Positions 20,199-30,391 of a stretch of DNA of 64,000 nucleotides are shown here, piece by piece. This DNA comes from Clostridia bacterium. Lineage in GTDB: Bacteria; Bacillota; Clostridia; Oscillospirales; CAG-382. The number at the start of each line of letters is the position of its first letter. The first letter of the stretch is position 1. Below the pieces are notes generated by a model, which was given only the letters and a program-made list of their open reading frames with translations, was not told where the DNA came from and did no database searches. The stretch is taken from positions 9,248 through 73,247 of the forward strand of contig JAFTIR010000017.1 in assembly GCA_017456765.1 (NCBI GenBank). Reading direction: 5' to 3'. Both the position numbers and the translations under genes were made by a program.

Positions 20199-21593
20199 TT
20201 ATGTCTTTTCGATTTGCGACATTCGCGACACCGACATCACAACGCCCATTTCTGCAAGCAGAATTATCAGCGATGTGCCTCCATAGCTAAAGAACGGAAG
20301 TGAAATACCGGTACTCGGAAGTGTATTTGTAACAACGGCAATATTAAGTATTACCTGTAGTCCTACGTGCATAATTATGCCTATTACAAGCATTGAGGAA
20401 AACCTATCCGGAGCACGAAGTCCTATTACAATTCCTCTGTAAATGAAGAATATAAACACACAGATAAGAAAGAGTGCGCCGATAAATCCCATTTCCTCGC
20501 ACCAGATTGAGAGGATGTAGTCATTCTGAGGCTCGGGAAGATACAGGTGCTTCTGTCTGCTATTACCAAAGCCAACACCCGTAAGCCCTCCGGAGCCTAT
20601 TGCATAAAGGGACTGTGCCGGCTGCCAGCCGCCCTCAAGCAGATGGTCAAAGGGATTGCGCCATACAGCAAGACGTCCCGAAGAATGGCTCATACTAAGG
20701 GCGAGAATAAGTACCGCAACAACACCTGTTACGACGCCCGTAACAAGGTACTTGATTTTTGTTCCACCTATAACCATCATGCAGAATATAATTGCGGCAA
20801 TAATTACAAGACCCGAAAGGTGAGGCTGGAGATACAAAAGTATACCTATGATTATAAGTATGGCAATATACGGGAAAACACCGTAATATATGCCGGGAAG
20901 CTCTTTTCTTACATCAATGCGGCAAAGAGTAACTATCGCAAGGGAAGCAAAAATTATAAATAGTACAATACCGAGTATTCTGTTTGATACGGCGAAAAGC
21001 ACAATGGCTCCCACTGCAAGAAACAGCACTGCAAATATAAGAGTCTGCAGATTTTCACGCACCTTATCCGGCTTTGACATTTCGCCCGAATACTTATCCG
21101 CATAGTCCGCAAAGAAAAGCACCACGGCAAACTTCATAATTTCCGACGGCTGAATTGTTATAGGTCCTATCTGCAGCCAACGTGTTGCGCCTTTCGCGCC
21201 GCTTCCTACAAGGATAACAAGCACAAGAAGCACAAGGCCTACCCCCATAACGGTAGTTGAAAAACGTCTTATAAAATGATAGTCAATAAATTTCGCCACA
21301 AGGCTCATTACAAATACTCCGGCAATGGCAAATATAATCTGCATCTTTGCAAATCTGTAGCTGTCACCGAAATTTTCTTTTGCATAGGGATAGCTCGCCG
21401 AGAACACCATTACCGTTCCCATACAAAGAAGCAGAATTACGCAAATGAGAAAGGGGCGGTCAATTCCGCCCACCTTCTGAACAATCATTTTTCTTTTGGG
21501 AAGGGCTCTCTTTTGAACTCGTTTTATCTTTTCATCTTTTTCCTTGGCAGCTTTGCTTGCTTCCGGGCTGTTGTTCAATACATTCCCCTCCAT
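20199..21593 (-). CDS. ftsW: FtsW/RodA/SpoVE family peptidoglycan glycosyltransferase
   Basis: A polytopic SEDS-type membrane protein (ten or so TM helices) carrying the LPEPQNDYI and PFFSYGGTS motifs, in a dcw context. Confidence 0.9.
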   Translation of the reverse strand: MEGNVLNNSPEASKAAKEKDEKIKRVQKRALPKRKMIVQKVGGIDRPFLICVILLLCMGTVMVFSASYPYAKENFGDSYRFAKMQIIFAIAGVFVMSLVAKFIDYHFIRRFSTTVMGVGLVLLVLVILVGSGAKGATRWLQIGPITIQPSEIMKFAVVLFFADYADKYSGEMSKPDKVRENLQTLIFAVLFLAVGAIVLFAVSNRILGIVLFIIFASLAIVTLCRIDVRKELPGIYYGVFPYIAILIIIGILLYLQPHLSGLVIIAAIIFCMMVIGGTKIKYLVTGVVTGVVAVLILALSMSHSSGRLAVWRNPFDHLLEGGWQPAQSLYAIGSGGLTGVGFGNSRQKHLYLPEPQNDYILSIWCEEMGFIGALFLICVFIFFIYRGIVIGLRAPDRFSSMLVIGIIMHVGLQVILNIAVVTNTLPSTGISLPFFSYGGTSLIILLAEMGVVMSVSRMSQIEKT

Positions 21594-21599
21594 TTTAAT

Positions 21600-22571
21600 T
21601 TACATTATTCCGATAAATCCAAAGCATCCGATTGCCGCAAAAATTGCTGTAACAATCGAAAACACAAGCACAATTCTGACCTCATTCCATCCGCACATTT
21701 CAAAGTGGTGATGAATTGGTGTCATTTTGAACACCCTCTTTTTTGTCAGCTTATAGCTTGTTACCTGTATCATTACAGATACCGATTCAATATAGTATAT
21801 TATACCCACGAAGAAAAGTATTATAGGCACATCCAGCATCATTGTCACAGCACACACAACTGCGCCCATATAAAGCGAGCCTGTATCACCCATAAACACC
21901 TTTGCAGGGTGGAAATTATAAACGAGAAAACCAAGTGCGCCCCCGAGCATAGTTCCCGAAAGAATACCTGCCGAGATATTTCCGCTCTTTATTGCAAGTA
22001 CAGAAAGGAACACCATGGAAACTGCCGTAACCGACGAACAAAGTCCGTCAATTCCGTCTGTAAGATTTGTACTGTTTACCGTAAACACTATTCCCACAAG
22101 GAGTATTATGTAATAAAACACCCCAAGGTCAAGTGTCACATCCGTAAATGGAAGTGATACTACAGTCGAAAGTCCGTCACCGAAATAAAGTGCCGCAAGA
22201 TATGCTCCCGTTACTGCAAACTGAAGTATAAGTTTCTGTGTCGCAGTAAGTCCCGCATTCTGCTTTTTGAAGAACTTAACATAATCGTCCACAAAGCCTA
22301 TCATTCCGTTGAACAGAACAAACAAATAGTGAATTACAAGTGTAAAATCACGTCTCCACAAAGCTCCTGCAATTACAGGAAGAATCGACGCGGCTATAAA
22401 GAAGAGTCCTCCCATTGTAGGGGTGCCTTCCTTACCCTTATGCCATCTCGGGCCTATATCAAGTATTTTCTGTCCCATTTTTACGCTCTTAAGAACAGGT
22501 ATAAACACTCTTGCAAGTACCACCGTTGCCAAGAAAGTAAAGACAAGGGCGGCAATAAAGCTTACATCCAT
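21600..22571 (-). CDS. mraY: Phospho-N-acetylmuramoyl-pentapeptide transferase MraY
   Basis: NLTDGIDGL and PAKVFMGDTGS motifs, 323 aa. Confidence 0.95.
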   Translation of the reverse strand: MDVSFIAALVFTFLATVVLARVFIPVLKSVKMGQKILDIGPRWHKGKEGTPTMGGLFFIAASILPVIAGALWRRDFTLVIHYLFVLFNGMIGFVDDYVKFFKKQNAGLTATQKLILQFAVTGAYLAALYFGDGLSTVVSLPFTDVTLDLGVFYYIILLVGIVFTVNSTNLTDGIDGLCSSVTAVSMVFLSVLAIKSGNISAGILSGTMLGGALGFLVYNFHPAKVFMGDTGSLYMGAVVCAVTMMLDVPIILFFVGIIYYIESVSVMIQVTSYKLTKKRVFKMTPIHHHFEMCGWNEVRIVLVFSIVTAIFAAIGCFGFIGIM

Positions 22572-22619
22572 GCTTTTTTCCTCACTTTTAACGTTTCCTA
22601 AGGATGAAAAATCCTTTAT

Positions 22620-24875
22620 TTAGTCTGAATTATCAAGATGGTGGAATTCAACCGAAATAAGCGTACCCGGTGCTACCTGGGAGCCTGCCTCGGGTGTCTG
22701 TCTTGTTGCCACCGTTCCGTCTACGCCGTCTCGGTACGCACCATCCATTATTATATTAAGTCCGGAATTAACAAGTGCCTGCGATGCATTGGGCGGTGTC
22801 TGACCGACCACATCCGGAACTGTTACAAGCGCTTCCGGTGATATTTCTTCTGTATACAGCACCACAACGCCGTTTTCACGAAGCTTTGTATGTGCCTTGG
22901 GATACTGGTCAATTACAACATCACCGTTTCCGTATGTCTTAGTGGTAAGACCCGAATTCTTAATCGTCGTCTTTGCACTGGAAACAGAAAGTCCTGTGTA
23001 ATCTTCAAGCGAAATTTCAACCGCCTGCTGCGCCTGGTCATCCGTGCTTGTTTCAACATTAAGGTACGGAAGCACTTCCGAAAGTACAGAAGAAACAACG
23101 GGTGCTGCGATTGTACCGCCGTAATAAGCACCTTCAGGCTCATCTATTGCAATAAGAATTGCAATTTCAGGCTTTTCTGCAGGAGCAAAGGCAACACATG
23201 ATGCAATATAAAGGTTTTCATCAAGAATATCTCTTTTCTGTGATGTACCTGTCTTTGCACCGACGCTGTAATCCTTTACGTAGGCATTCTTTGTCGAACC
23301 TATTGTGATACCGTTCGCAAGGTATCTCATGATAGTCTCGCTTGTATTAGGTGAATTTACCTGTCTTACTATGTAAGGCTCAAATTCCTTGATGATGTTT
23401 CCTTCGTCATCCACCAGTGCCTTTACAACCCTCGGCTGCATAAGATTACCGCCGTTTGCCACGGCAGAAACTGCGCGGATAAGCGAGAGAGGGGTAATTT
23501 TAAATGTCTGTCCGAATGAATAAACCGCAAGCTCGGTCTGATTAAAGCCGTTAAAATCTCTATGATAAATACTGTCGACTTCGCCTGCAAGGTCAATGCC
23601 TGTTTTTTCCGTAAAGCCGTAGGATTCAAAATACTTATAGAAGCTCTCGCGTCCTACCGCCTCTGCAAGCTCCATAAACACAGGGTTACAGGAATTCTGA
23701 AGCCCCTGTTCAAAATTCTCTATTCCGTGTCCACCACGCTTATGGCATCCGATATTATATCCACCGATATTTTTTGAGCCGGTGCAGTTAAACTGATACG
23801 ACGGCTCTGTCATATCAAGATTTTCTTCAAGAGCCATGGCACTCGTTATTATTTTAAATGTGGAGCCGGGTTCATAAAGCTCTGTTATAGCTTTGTTCTT
23901 CCATCTTCCTTCCACAAGATCCTTATAGAAGGAATTTTTTTGTTCTTCCGTAGGAAGTGACTTTGTTCCGTCTTCATTCTCTATTATGTCGTTGCAGAAC
24001 TCATCATAGAGCATCTGCATTTCTTCGTCGAGGTCATACGGGTTATTTGGGTCGTAGTCGGGCTTTGTGGACATGGCGAGAATATCTCCTGTATTTACAT
24101 CCATGATTATTCCCAGAACCCTATTCTGTGCATTTGTATCCTCGAGTGCTGTCTGCAAATGCTTTTCAAGCATAGACTGAATCTGCCAGTCGATAGTCAA
24201 AACAACATCTGTTCCGTTTTCTGCACCCACATAGCTTTCATACTGAAAAGGCATATCCTTACCTTTTGCATTCTGTGCAGTTACGATTTTACCCGAGCTT
24301 CCCTTCAAGTAGTTTTCATAATAGGATTCAACACCATATATTCCGACACTCTCGGAATTTGTAAATCCTATAACGTTACTTGCAAGGTTTCCGTAAGGAT
24401 AGAACCTTTTTGTATCCTCTTCAAGATGAATACCCTTTATATCCTCATCGGCAATGAACTGTCTTATTTCGTCGGTGATTGAGGTGTCAACCTTTTTCTT
24501 GATTACCTGATACTTTGAGTTCTTTCTTGTCATTCTCTCGACAATTTCAGCCCTGTTTACACCGAGCTTCTCACTCAGATAATCCGCAATCTTCGCCTCG
24601 TCCTTTTCCTCGATTTCATAAGGAGAAATAAAAACAGTTTCAACCGTAGCACTCACAGCCAAAGGTGTCATGTTACGGTCATAGATTGTGCCTCGTTTGG
24701 GACTTATGGATATTTCTGTTGTATACTGGTCGAATGCCTTGCTTCTGTATTCATCACTTTTGAATATATGAAGGTAAAACAATCTAACAGCAAGTGCTAT
24801 CAGCAATACAATCATTGCCGATAGCACCAAAATTACCCTACCCAGATAGGGCTTTACAGGAGAGTTATTATTCAT
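22620..24875 (-). CDS. Class B penicillin-binding protein (FtsI/SpoVD type) with C-terminal PASTA domains
   Basis: PBP dimerisation region, transpeptidase motifs STFK, SCN and KTGT, and two PASTA-like repeats at the C-terminus. Confidence 0.92.
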   Translation of the reverse strand: MNNNSPVKPYLGRVILVLSAMIVLLIALAVRLFYLHIFKSDEYRSKAFDQYTTEISISPKRGTIYDRNMTPLAVSATVETVFISPYEIEEKDEAKIADYLSEKLGVNRAEIVERMTRKNSKYQVIKKKVDTSITDEIRQFIADEDIKGIHLEEDTKRFYPYGNLASNVIGFTNSESVGIYGVESYYENYLKGSSGKIVTAQNAKGKDMPFQYESYVGAENGTDVVLTIDWQIQSMLEKHLQTALEDTNAQNRVLGIIMDVNTGDILAMSTKPDYDPNNPYDLDEEMQMLYDEFCNDIIENEDGTKSLPTEEQKNSFYKDLVEGRWKNKAITELYEPGSTFKIITSAMALEENLDMTEPSYQFNCTGSKNIGGYNIGCHKRGGHGIENFEQGLQNSCNPVFMELAEAVGRESFYKYFESYGFTEKTGIDLAGEVDSIYHRDFNGFNQTELAVYSFGQTFKITPLSLIRAVSAVANGGNLMQPRVVKALVDDEGNIIKEFEPYIVRQVNSPNTSETIMRYLANGITIGSTKNAYVKDYSVGAKTGTSQKRDILDENLYIASCVAFAPAEKPEIAILIAIDEPEGAYYGGTIAAPVVSSVLSEVLPYLNVETSTDDQAQQAVEISLEDYTGLSVSSAKTTIKNSGLTTKTYGNGDVVIDQYPKAHTKLRENGVVVLYTEEISPEALVTVPDVVGQTPPNASQALVNSGLNIIMDGAYRDGVDGTVATRQTPEAGSQVAPGTLISVEFHHLDNSD

Positions 24876-24893
24876 CGAAAACCGTCCTCGCCA

Positions 24894-25472
24894 TTACTTA
24901 TAAATCTTTGCTACGGACTGCTTCAGGCTATCGAGTGTTACGCCGAGATTGGTTGATGCCGCTCCCGTTTCATTTGCAATAACAACATCATCGTTACCTG
25001 AAATACTTACATAATGCTTTACAACCTCGGTAGACTTTACAAGACCGAGCTCTTTTGTTGCAACCTCTTCTATGTACTTAAGGTCATATTTTTTGTCCAA
25101 CTCAATGCTGAGCTTTTCGTTTTCGGCACGTGTCTCGGAAATCTTTGTTTTGAGGTCACCTATATCATATGAAATCTCATTTACAACCGAGTTTGTATAC
25201 ACAATAAACATGAGCATTACAGTTGCTATAAGTGCATAGAAAACAAATCTTACGGGAAAGGGTGCCGATTTTACTCTTTTCTTTACTACAACAGGAGCCT
25301 CAGCTCTTTCGCGGGCTACTCTGCGGTTTCTTGCCGCTACTGCATCGCCGAGTTTTTCAACAGCAACATAAGCCATGTCCGAAACCGAAACATTTTGTCT
25401 TCTCACATTATTATATTGTGAATGTGCGCCTTTTATGTTTCTGTTTTCGTACATCCTTGTGTTATCAGCCAT
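24894..25472 (-). CDS. ftsL: FtsL-like cell division protein
   Basis: A single TM helix followed by a coiled coil (DIGDLKTKISETRAENEKLSIELDKK), positioned between rsmH and the PBP gene. The N-terminal cytoplasmic part is unusually long. Confidence 0.7.
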   Translation of the reverse strand: MADNTRMYENRNIKGAHSQYNNVRRQNVSVSDMAYVAVEKLGDAVAARNRRVARERAEAPVVVKKRVKSAPFPVRFVFYALIATVMLMFIVYTNSVVNEISYDIGDLKTKISETRAENEKLSIELDKKYDLKYIEEVATKELGLVKSTEVVKHYVSISGNDDVVIANETGAASTNLGVTLDSLKQSVAKIYK

Positions 25473-25492
25473 TTTTCAAGCACTCCTGTTTT

Positions 25493-26434
25493 CTATATTT
25501 TTTCGATTACTCTTAATTTTGCACTTCTTGAACGGGGATTTTCCAAAAGCTCTTCGTTTGAGGGAAGTATCGGCTTTTTGGTGATTACCCTACCCTCTGC
25601 CTTTTTACCGCACACGCACACAGGAAAATCAGCGGGACACGTACATCCGACCGTCTTTTCGAGAAATGTGTGTTTTACGATTCTATCCTCAAGGGAATGG
25701 AACGTGATAATCGCCATTCTGCCTTTGCTCTTCAGCATGGGGAAGAAATTATTTATGGTGTCAGCGATAATTTTAAGCTCGCCGTTGACTTCTATTCTTA
25801 TTGCCTGAAAGGTTCTCTTTGCAGGATGAGGACCATCCGCCTTGTTTTTTGCCGGTATTCCGCTTTTGATTATGTCGGAAAGCTCGGTTGTTGTTTCAAT
25901 CAGCTTTTCCTCTCTGTATTTTACGATTTTTCTTGCGATTGATGAAGCATATCTTTCTTCACCGTACATATCTATGATTTTTGACAGCTCTCTCTCAGAG
26001 TAAGAATTGACAACATCGTAGGCACTAAAAGCCTCTCTTCTGTCCATTCTCATGTCGAGAGGAGCATCATTCATATAGGAAAAACCGCGGGTGGCGTCAT
26101 CGAGTTGAAAGGAGGAAACTCCAAGGTCCGCCACCACGCCGTCAATCCTATCAAAACCTGCTTCTTTAATTTTATCGGCGCCCTCTACAAAGTTTGTATG
26201 GAGAAGTATTATTCTCTCGCCGTACTTTGAAAGTCTTTCCTTTGCTTTGCCGAGCGCAAATTCATCTCTGTCGATGCCGATAAGTCTACCCTTTTCTGAA
26301 AGGCGGGAGGCAATTAAATTTGAATGTCCCGCACCTCCAAGGGTACAGTCGACGTACACACCGTCGGGGTTTATATTAAGACTGTCTACCGTTTCATTAA
26401 GCAGTACCGAATAATGTCCGAAATTTTCCTGCAA
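25493..26434 (-). CDS. rsmH: 16S rRNA (cytosine1402-N4)-methyltransferase RsmH
   Basis: HYSVLLNE, DCTLGGAGHS and DLGVSSFQLD motifs. An apparent TTG start lies 9 nt after AGGAG. Confidence 0.93.
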   Translation of the reverse strand: MQENFGHYSVLLNETVDSLNINPDGVYVDCTLGGAGHSNLIASRLSEKGRLIGIDRDEFALGKAKERLSKYGERIILLHTNFVEGADKIKEAGFDRIDGVVADLGVSSFQLDDATRGFSYMNDAPLDMRMDRREAFSAYDVVNSYSERELSKIIDMYGEERYASSIARKIVKYREEKLIETTTELSDIIKSGIPAKNKADGPHPAKRTFQAIRIEVNGELKIIADTINNFFPMLKSKGRMAIITFHSLEDRIVKHTFLEKTVGCTCPADFPVCVCGKKAEGRVITKKPILPSNEELLENPRSRSAKLRVIEKI

Positions 26435-26460
26435 GGCTCTTTTCTCCTAATACACTAAAT

Positions 26461-26892
26461 TCAGCAAAGGCCGAGATGTATCTTCTTGCTCTGCTCTTTG
26501 AACTTTTCAATGTCGACACCGCTCACTTCTGCTTCAACAGCTTCAGTTCCCCAGATTTCAACATACTTTCTCATACCTATAAAGGAAATATCCTTTGTGA
26601 GATTTGCAAATTCTCTATGGTCTGCGCTGATGCTTATTCTGCCCTGCGTGTCAACATCTGTGGGCATTGCGTTTTTCATAATGTATCTCTTCATGTCGCC
26701 GATATCCTCTGTTTCACCCAGAGCATCTAACTTTTCCATGAAGTTTATCCATTCTTCTTCGGAGTACATAACAAGGAACTTATTGAAGGTCTTGGCGATG
26801 ATAACGCTTCCGCCAAGGTCACCACGGAATTTTGCGGGCACAAACACTCTGCCCTTGGCATCCAAGGTATGTTTAAATTCACCCGTAAGCAT
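26461..26892 (-). CDS. mraZ: Transcriptional regulator MraZ
   Basis: A tandem SpoVT/AbrB-like fold (LDAKGRVFVPAKFR, DTQGRISI), 143 aa, the first gene of the dcw cluster. Confidence 0.93.
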   Translation of the reverse strand: MLTGEFKHTLDAKGRVFVPAKFRGDLGGSVIIAKTFNKFLVMYSEEEWINFMEKLDALGETEDIGDMKRYIMKNAMPTDVDTQGRISISADHREFANLTKDISFIGMRKYVEIWGTEAVEAEVSGVDIEKFKEQSKKIHLGLC

Positions 26893-26989
26893 CTGTGCAC
26901 CTCCTTCGTTATGAACATTTGATGAAAATACTGCACTTTCGCTCTTTTTTAATCCATTTTCATCGTTTTCGCTCCACTTTGATGGTTAT

Positions 26990-27018
26990 ATTATAATATA
27001 CCAATGCTTTTTTTGCAA
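26990..27018 (-). promoter_or_regulatory. Sigma-A-type promoter of the dcw operon
   Basis: On the minus strand: TTGCAA, 17 nt, TATAAT. It lies about 95 nt upstream of the mraZ ATG. Confidence 0.5.
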
Positions 27019-27142
27019 TAGGTTTACATAAATTTTTTCATGATTTTGAGGGTTGTAAATTTAAACTTTTTATGAACAAGGAATGTATGTTCTATTTAGT
27101 TGTAAGATTTGTCAAAAAGTGAGGAATTATTATGTGCAATTT

Positions 27143-27225
27143 TACTTTTCGATAACTTTGCCCGAAAAATGACAGGAGATTTTGTGCTTTTGGTACTTTT
27201 TTCGAATGAAAAGAACATAAACAAA
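27143..27225. repeat. Family A fragment (two degenerate H1-type hairpins)
   Basis: TTACTTTTCG..CGAAAAATGACAG then CTTTTGGTACTTTTTTCGAATGAAAAGAACA. It aligns to the double H1 module at the right end of copy A3 (44648-44745). Confidence 0.55.
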
Positions 27226-27258
27226 AAAAAGAGAACGGCTAACTTAATAGTCGTTCTC
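27219..27258 (-). terminator. Rho-independent terminator of typA, located beyond the B1 repeat
   Basis: Stem GAGAACG/CGTTCTC. On the minus strand it is followed by a run of eight T then GTTT. Confidence 0.6.
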
Positions 27259-27279
27259 TAAAGTCATATGTTTTTTGAT

Positions 27280-27387
27280 GAGTTTGGGCGGTGGCGTTTA
27301 TGCCGACCAAACGGGGTTTGTTAAGCGACAATAAAGGTTTGTTTGTGACAAACATATGCCGTGAATATGCTGTCGGGCATTCCCGAC
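27280..27387 (-). repeat. Family B element, copy B1 (no heptamer array)
   Basis: Minus-strand reading: GTCGGGAATGCCCGAC-AGCATATTCACG...GTCGCTTAACAAACCCCGTTTGGTCGGCATAAACGCCACCGCCCAAACTCAT. Its first base is the G of the typA TAG stop codon. Confidence 0.8.
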
Positions 27388-29207
27388 TATTTGAGCTTTG
27401 CGTAAGCCTTAGCTCTGTTCACATTATTGAGAATCTGCTTACGAAGTCTTATGGACTTAGGTGTAACCTCGATAAGCTCATCGTCATTGATAAACTCAAT
27501 TGCCTCTTCAAGGGAGTGAATCTTGGGAGGCACAAGTCTGAGAGCTTCGTCCGCACCCGTCGAGCGCACTGCTGTCATGTGCTTCTTCTTGCAAGGGTTA
27601 ATTACAATATCGTCAGTCTTTGCATTTTCTCCGACAATCTGTCCCTCATAAATATCCTGTGCAGGAACAACAAACATCTGTCCTCTGTCCTGTACATTAT
27701 AGATACCGTAGGAGGTCGTCTTACCCGTTTCATACGCAACGAGAGAGCCTGTCGTTCTCTTTGTAATCTCTCCCCTGTAGGGTGTGTATTCAAGGAAAAG
27801 GGAGTTTATAATACCCTCGCCTCTTGTATCGGTGAGAAATTCGTTTCTGTAACCGAAAAGTCCGCGTGTCGGAATATGGAACACAACGTGCATTCTGTCA
27901 CCTCTGGGTGACATATCAATGAGCTCGCCCTTTCTTGCGCCCAGCTTTTCAATTACCGAGCCCATATATTCCTGCGGAACATCACAGGAAACTTCTTCCA
28001 TAGGCTCCATTTTCACTCCGTCGATTTCCTTGTAGAGTACCTTTGGAGCGCTTACCTGAAATTCATATCCCTCTCTTCTCATTGTTTCAATAAGAATTGA
28101 AAGGTGCATTTCTCCACGTCCCATAACTCTAAAGGCTTCGGTAGAGTCCGAGTCCTCAACCCTTAAGGAAACGTCCTTCAAAAGCTCGCGGTAAAGTCTT
28201 GCACGAAGGTGGCGGGACGTACAGAATTTGCCCTCTGTACCCGCAAAGGGTGAGTCGTTAACAGAGAAGGTCATCTCTAAGGTTGGCTCTGAAATCTTAC
28301 AGAAATCAAGCGGCTCGGGTGTGGTTGTATCGCAGAGAGTATCGCCGATTGTAACCTCTTCAATACCCGAAAGGCATACAATTTCTCCCGCCTTTGCTTC
28401 ATCGACATTTACTTTCTTAAGACCGTCGATTGTAAGAAGATTTACAATCTTTGCATTATAATTTGCATGAATACCGTGGTGGTGGCAGACGGTTACGTTC
28501 ATGCCTTTCTTTACAGTACCTCTTTCAATTCTGCCTGTTGCAATACGTCCTATAAAATTATCGTAGTCGATGTTTGAAACGAGCATTTGAGCAGGTCCTT
28601 CTTCGTCAACATCGGGACCCGGAACATGATTTATAATCTGCTCAAAAAGCGGAATAAGGTTTTCTTCCTGAATATCGGGAGAAAGGGAGGCTGTGCCATT
28701 ACGTCCAGAGCAGAACACAACGGGGCTGTCAAGCTGTTCATCTGTTGCATCAAGGGCAATAAGAAGCTCTAAAACTTCATCAACAACCTCAACAGGTCTT
28801 GCGCCGGGTCTGTCAACCTTATTAACAACAATTATAACCTTATGACCAAGCTCCAGTGCTTTCTGAAGAACAAAGCGTGTCTGGGGCATTGTACCCTCAA
28901 ATGCGTCAACAAGCAAAAGCACGCCGTCAACCATTTTGAGTATTCTTTCAACCTCACCGCCGAAATCCGCGTGACCGGGGGTGTCAACGACATTGATTTT
29001 TATGTCATTATATATAATTGAAGTGTTTTTTGCGAGAATGGTAATACCTCTTTCACGCTCTAAGTCATTTGAGTCCATTACTCTGTCGTCGACAACTTCA
29101 TTCTGTCGGAAAGTTCCCGACTGCTTGAGCATCTCATCAACAAGGGTTGTCTTGCCATGGTCAACATGGGCTACGATTGCTACGTTTCTTATATCATTTC
29201 TTATCAT
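27387..29207 (-). CDS. typA: Translational GTPase TypA/BipA
   Basis: AHVDHGKTT, DTPGHADF and NKVD G-motifs, an EF-G-like domain order, and 606 aa. Confidence 0.95.
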   Translation of the reverse strand: MIRNDIRNVAIVAHVDHGKTTLVDEMLKQSGTFRQNEVVDDRVMDSNDLERERGITILAKNTSIIYNDIKINVVDTPGHADFGGEVERILKMVDGVLLLVDAFEGTMPQTRFVLQKALELGHKVIIVVNKVDRPGARPVEVVDEVLELLIALDATDEQLDSPVVFCSGRNGTASLSPDIQEENLIPLFEQIINHVPGPDVDEEGPAQMLVSNIDYDNFIGRIATGRIERGTVKKGMNVTVCHHHGIHANYNAKIVNLLTIDGLKKVNVDEAKAGEIVCLSGIEEVTIGDTLCDTTTPEPLDFCKISEPTLEMTFSVNDSPFAGTEGKFCTSRHLRARLYRELLKDVSLRVEDSDSTEAFRVMGRGEMHLSILIETMRREGYEFQVSAPKVLYKEIDGVKMEPMEEVSCDVPQEYMGSVIEKLGARKGELIDMSPRGDRMHVVFHIPTRGLFGYRNEFLTDTRGEGIINSLFLEYTPYRGEITKRTTGSLVAYETGKTTSYGIYNVQDRGQMFVVPAQDIYEGQIVGENAKTDDIVINPCKKKHMTAVRSTGADEALRLVPPKIHSLEEAIEFINDDELIEVTPKSIRLRKQILNNVNRAKAYAKLK

Positions 29208-29307
29208 TAAAATTCACCCGATTTTTCAAATTCATTTTTTCCAATTTTACATTTTATCACAAAGCAATGAAAAAATCAACACATTACGACAAAATTTTCA
29301 GCGGCGA

Positions 29308-29436
29308 GTCGCCGCCGACTATCCACGACGCACGTTTGCGGTAAACAAACGTTTATTTTCGCTTAACAAACAACGTTTGGGCAGCATAAACACCACCGCC
29401 CAAACGCATTCCTAATTCCTAATTACTAATTCCTCA
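29308..29436 (+). repeat. Family B element, copy B2, with 4 heptamer units
   Basis: GTCGCCGCCGAC...TTCGCTTAACAAACAACGTTTGGGCAGCATAAACACCACCGCCCAAACGCAT followed by TTCCTAA TTCCTAA TTACTAA TTCCTCA. It ends 10 nt before the cysK stop codon. Confidence 0.8.
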
Positions 29437-29446
29437 TTTGAAAAAT

Positions 29447-30379
29447 CTACAATTCTTCAAAAAGTTCAGTTGACAAATATCTGTCACCAATATCAGGCAG
29501 AAGCACAACCACCGTCTTGCCCTCATTCTCTTTTCGTTTTGCCACAAGAGTTGCCGCATGAAGTGCCGCACCCGACGAAATGCCGACAAGGATTCCCTCA
29601 CTCTTGGCAAGAGTTCTTGCCGCCGCATAAGCATCATCGTGATGAACAGGAATTATCTCATCATAAATCTTTGTGTCAAGTATTTCGGGGACAAAGCCTG
29701 CACCTATACCCTGAAGTTTATGTGAGCCTGCCCTGCCCTGTGAAAGATAGGGACTGTCTGACGGCTCAACCGCAACAATCTTTACATTCGGATTCTTTTC
29801 CCTAAGGTAACGTCCGACACCTGTAATTGTACCGCCCGTACCGACGCCGGCAACGAATATGTCCACCTTTCCGTCAGTGTCTTCCCAAATTTCGGGACCC
29901 GTTGTGAGATAGTGGGCATTGGGGTTTTCGGGGTTTGTGAACTGACCTGCAAGGATGCTGTCGGGTATCTCGGAAAGAAGCTCGTTTGCCCTCTCAATTG
30001 CGCCGTTCATTCCCTTTTTGCCATCGGTAAGCACAACAGAGGCGCCAAATGCACAAATGAGCTTTCTTCTTTCTATGCTCATGGTTTCGGGCATGGTTAG
30101 AATTACTCTATAACCCTTTGCGGCGGCAACCGCGGCAAGACCGATGCCTGTGTTTCCGCTTGTAGGCTCAATAATTGTAGCGCCCTTCTTCAATTTTCCC
30201 GACTTTTCAGCCGCTTCAATCATCTGTCTTGCAACCCTGTCCTTTGCACTTCCTGCAGGGTTTTTACCCTCAAGTTTACAGAGAATTTGAGCAAGAGCAT
30301 CTTTTTCCTTTGCATAATTTGAAACGCGAACCAGTGGAGTTTTTCCGACAAGCTCGGCAACATTTGAATACACTTTCAT
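29447..30379 (-). CDS. cysK: Cysteine synthase A (O-acetylserine sulfhydrylase)
   Basis: PLP-lysine motif NPAGSAKDR, the GTGGT loop, and 310 aa. Confidence 0.92.
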   Translation of the reverse strand: MKVYSNVAELVGKTPLVRVSNYAKEKDALAQILCKLEGKNPAGSAKDRVARQMIEAAEKSGKLKKGATIIEPTSGNTGIGLAAVAAAKGYRVILTMPETMSIERRKLICAFGASVVLTDGKKGMNGAIERANELLSEIPDSILAGQFTNPENPNAHYLTTGPEIWEDTDGKVDIFVAGVGTGGTITGVGRYLREKNPNVKIVAVEPSDSPYLSQGRAGSHKLQGIGAGFVPEILDTKIYDEIIPVHHDDAYAAARTLAKSEGILVGISSGAALHAATLVAKRKENEGKTVVVLLPDIGDRYLSTELFEEL

Positions 30380-30391
30380 TTTTTACTCCTT

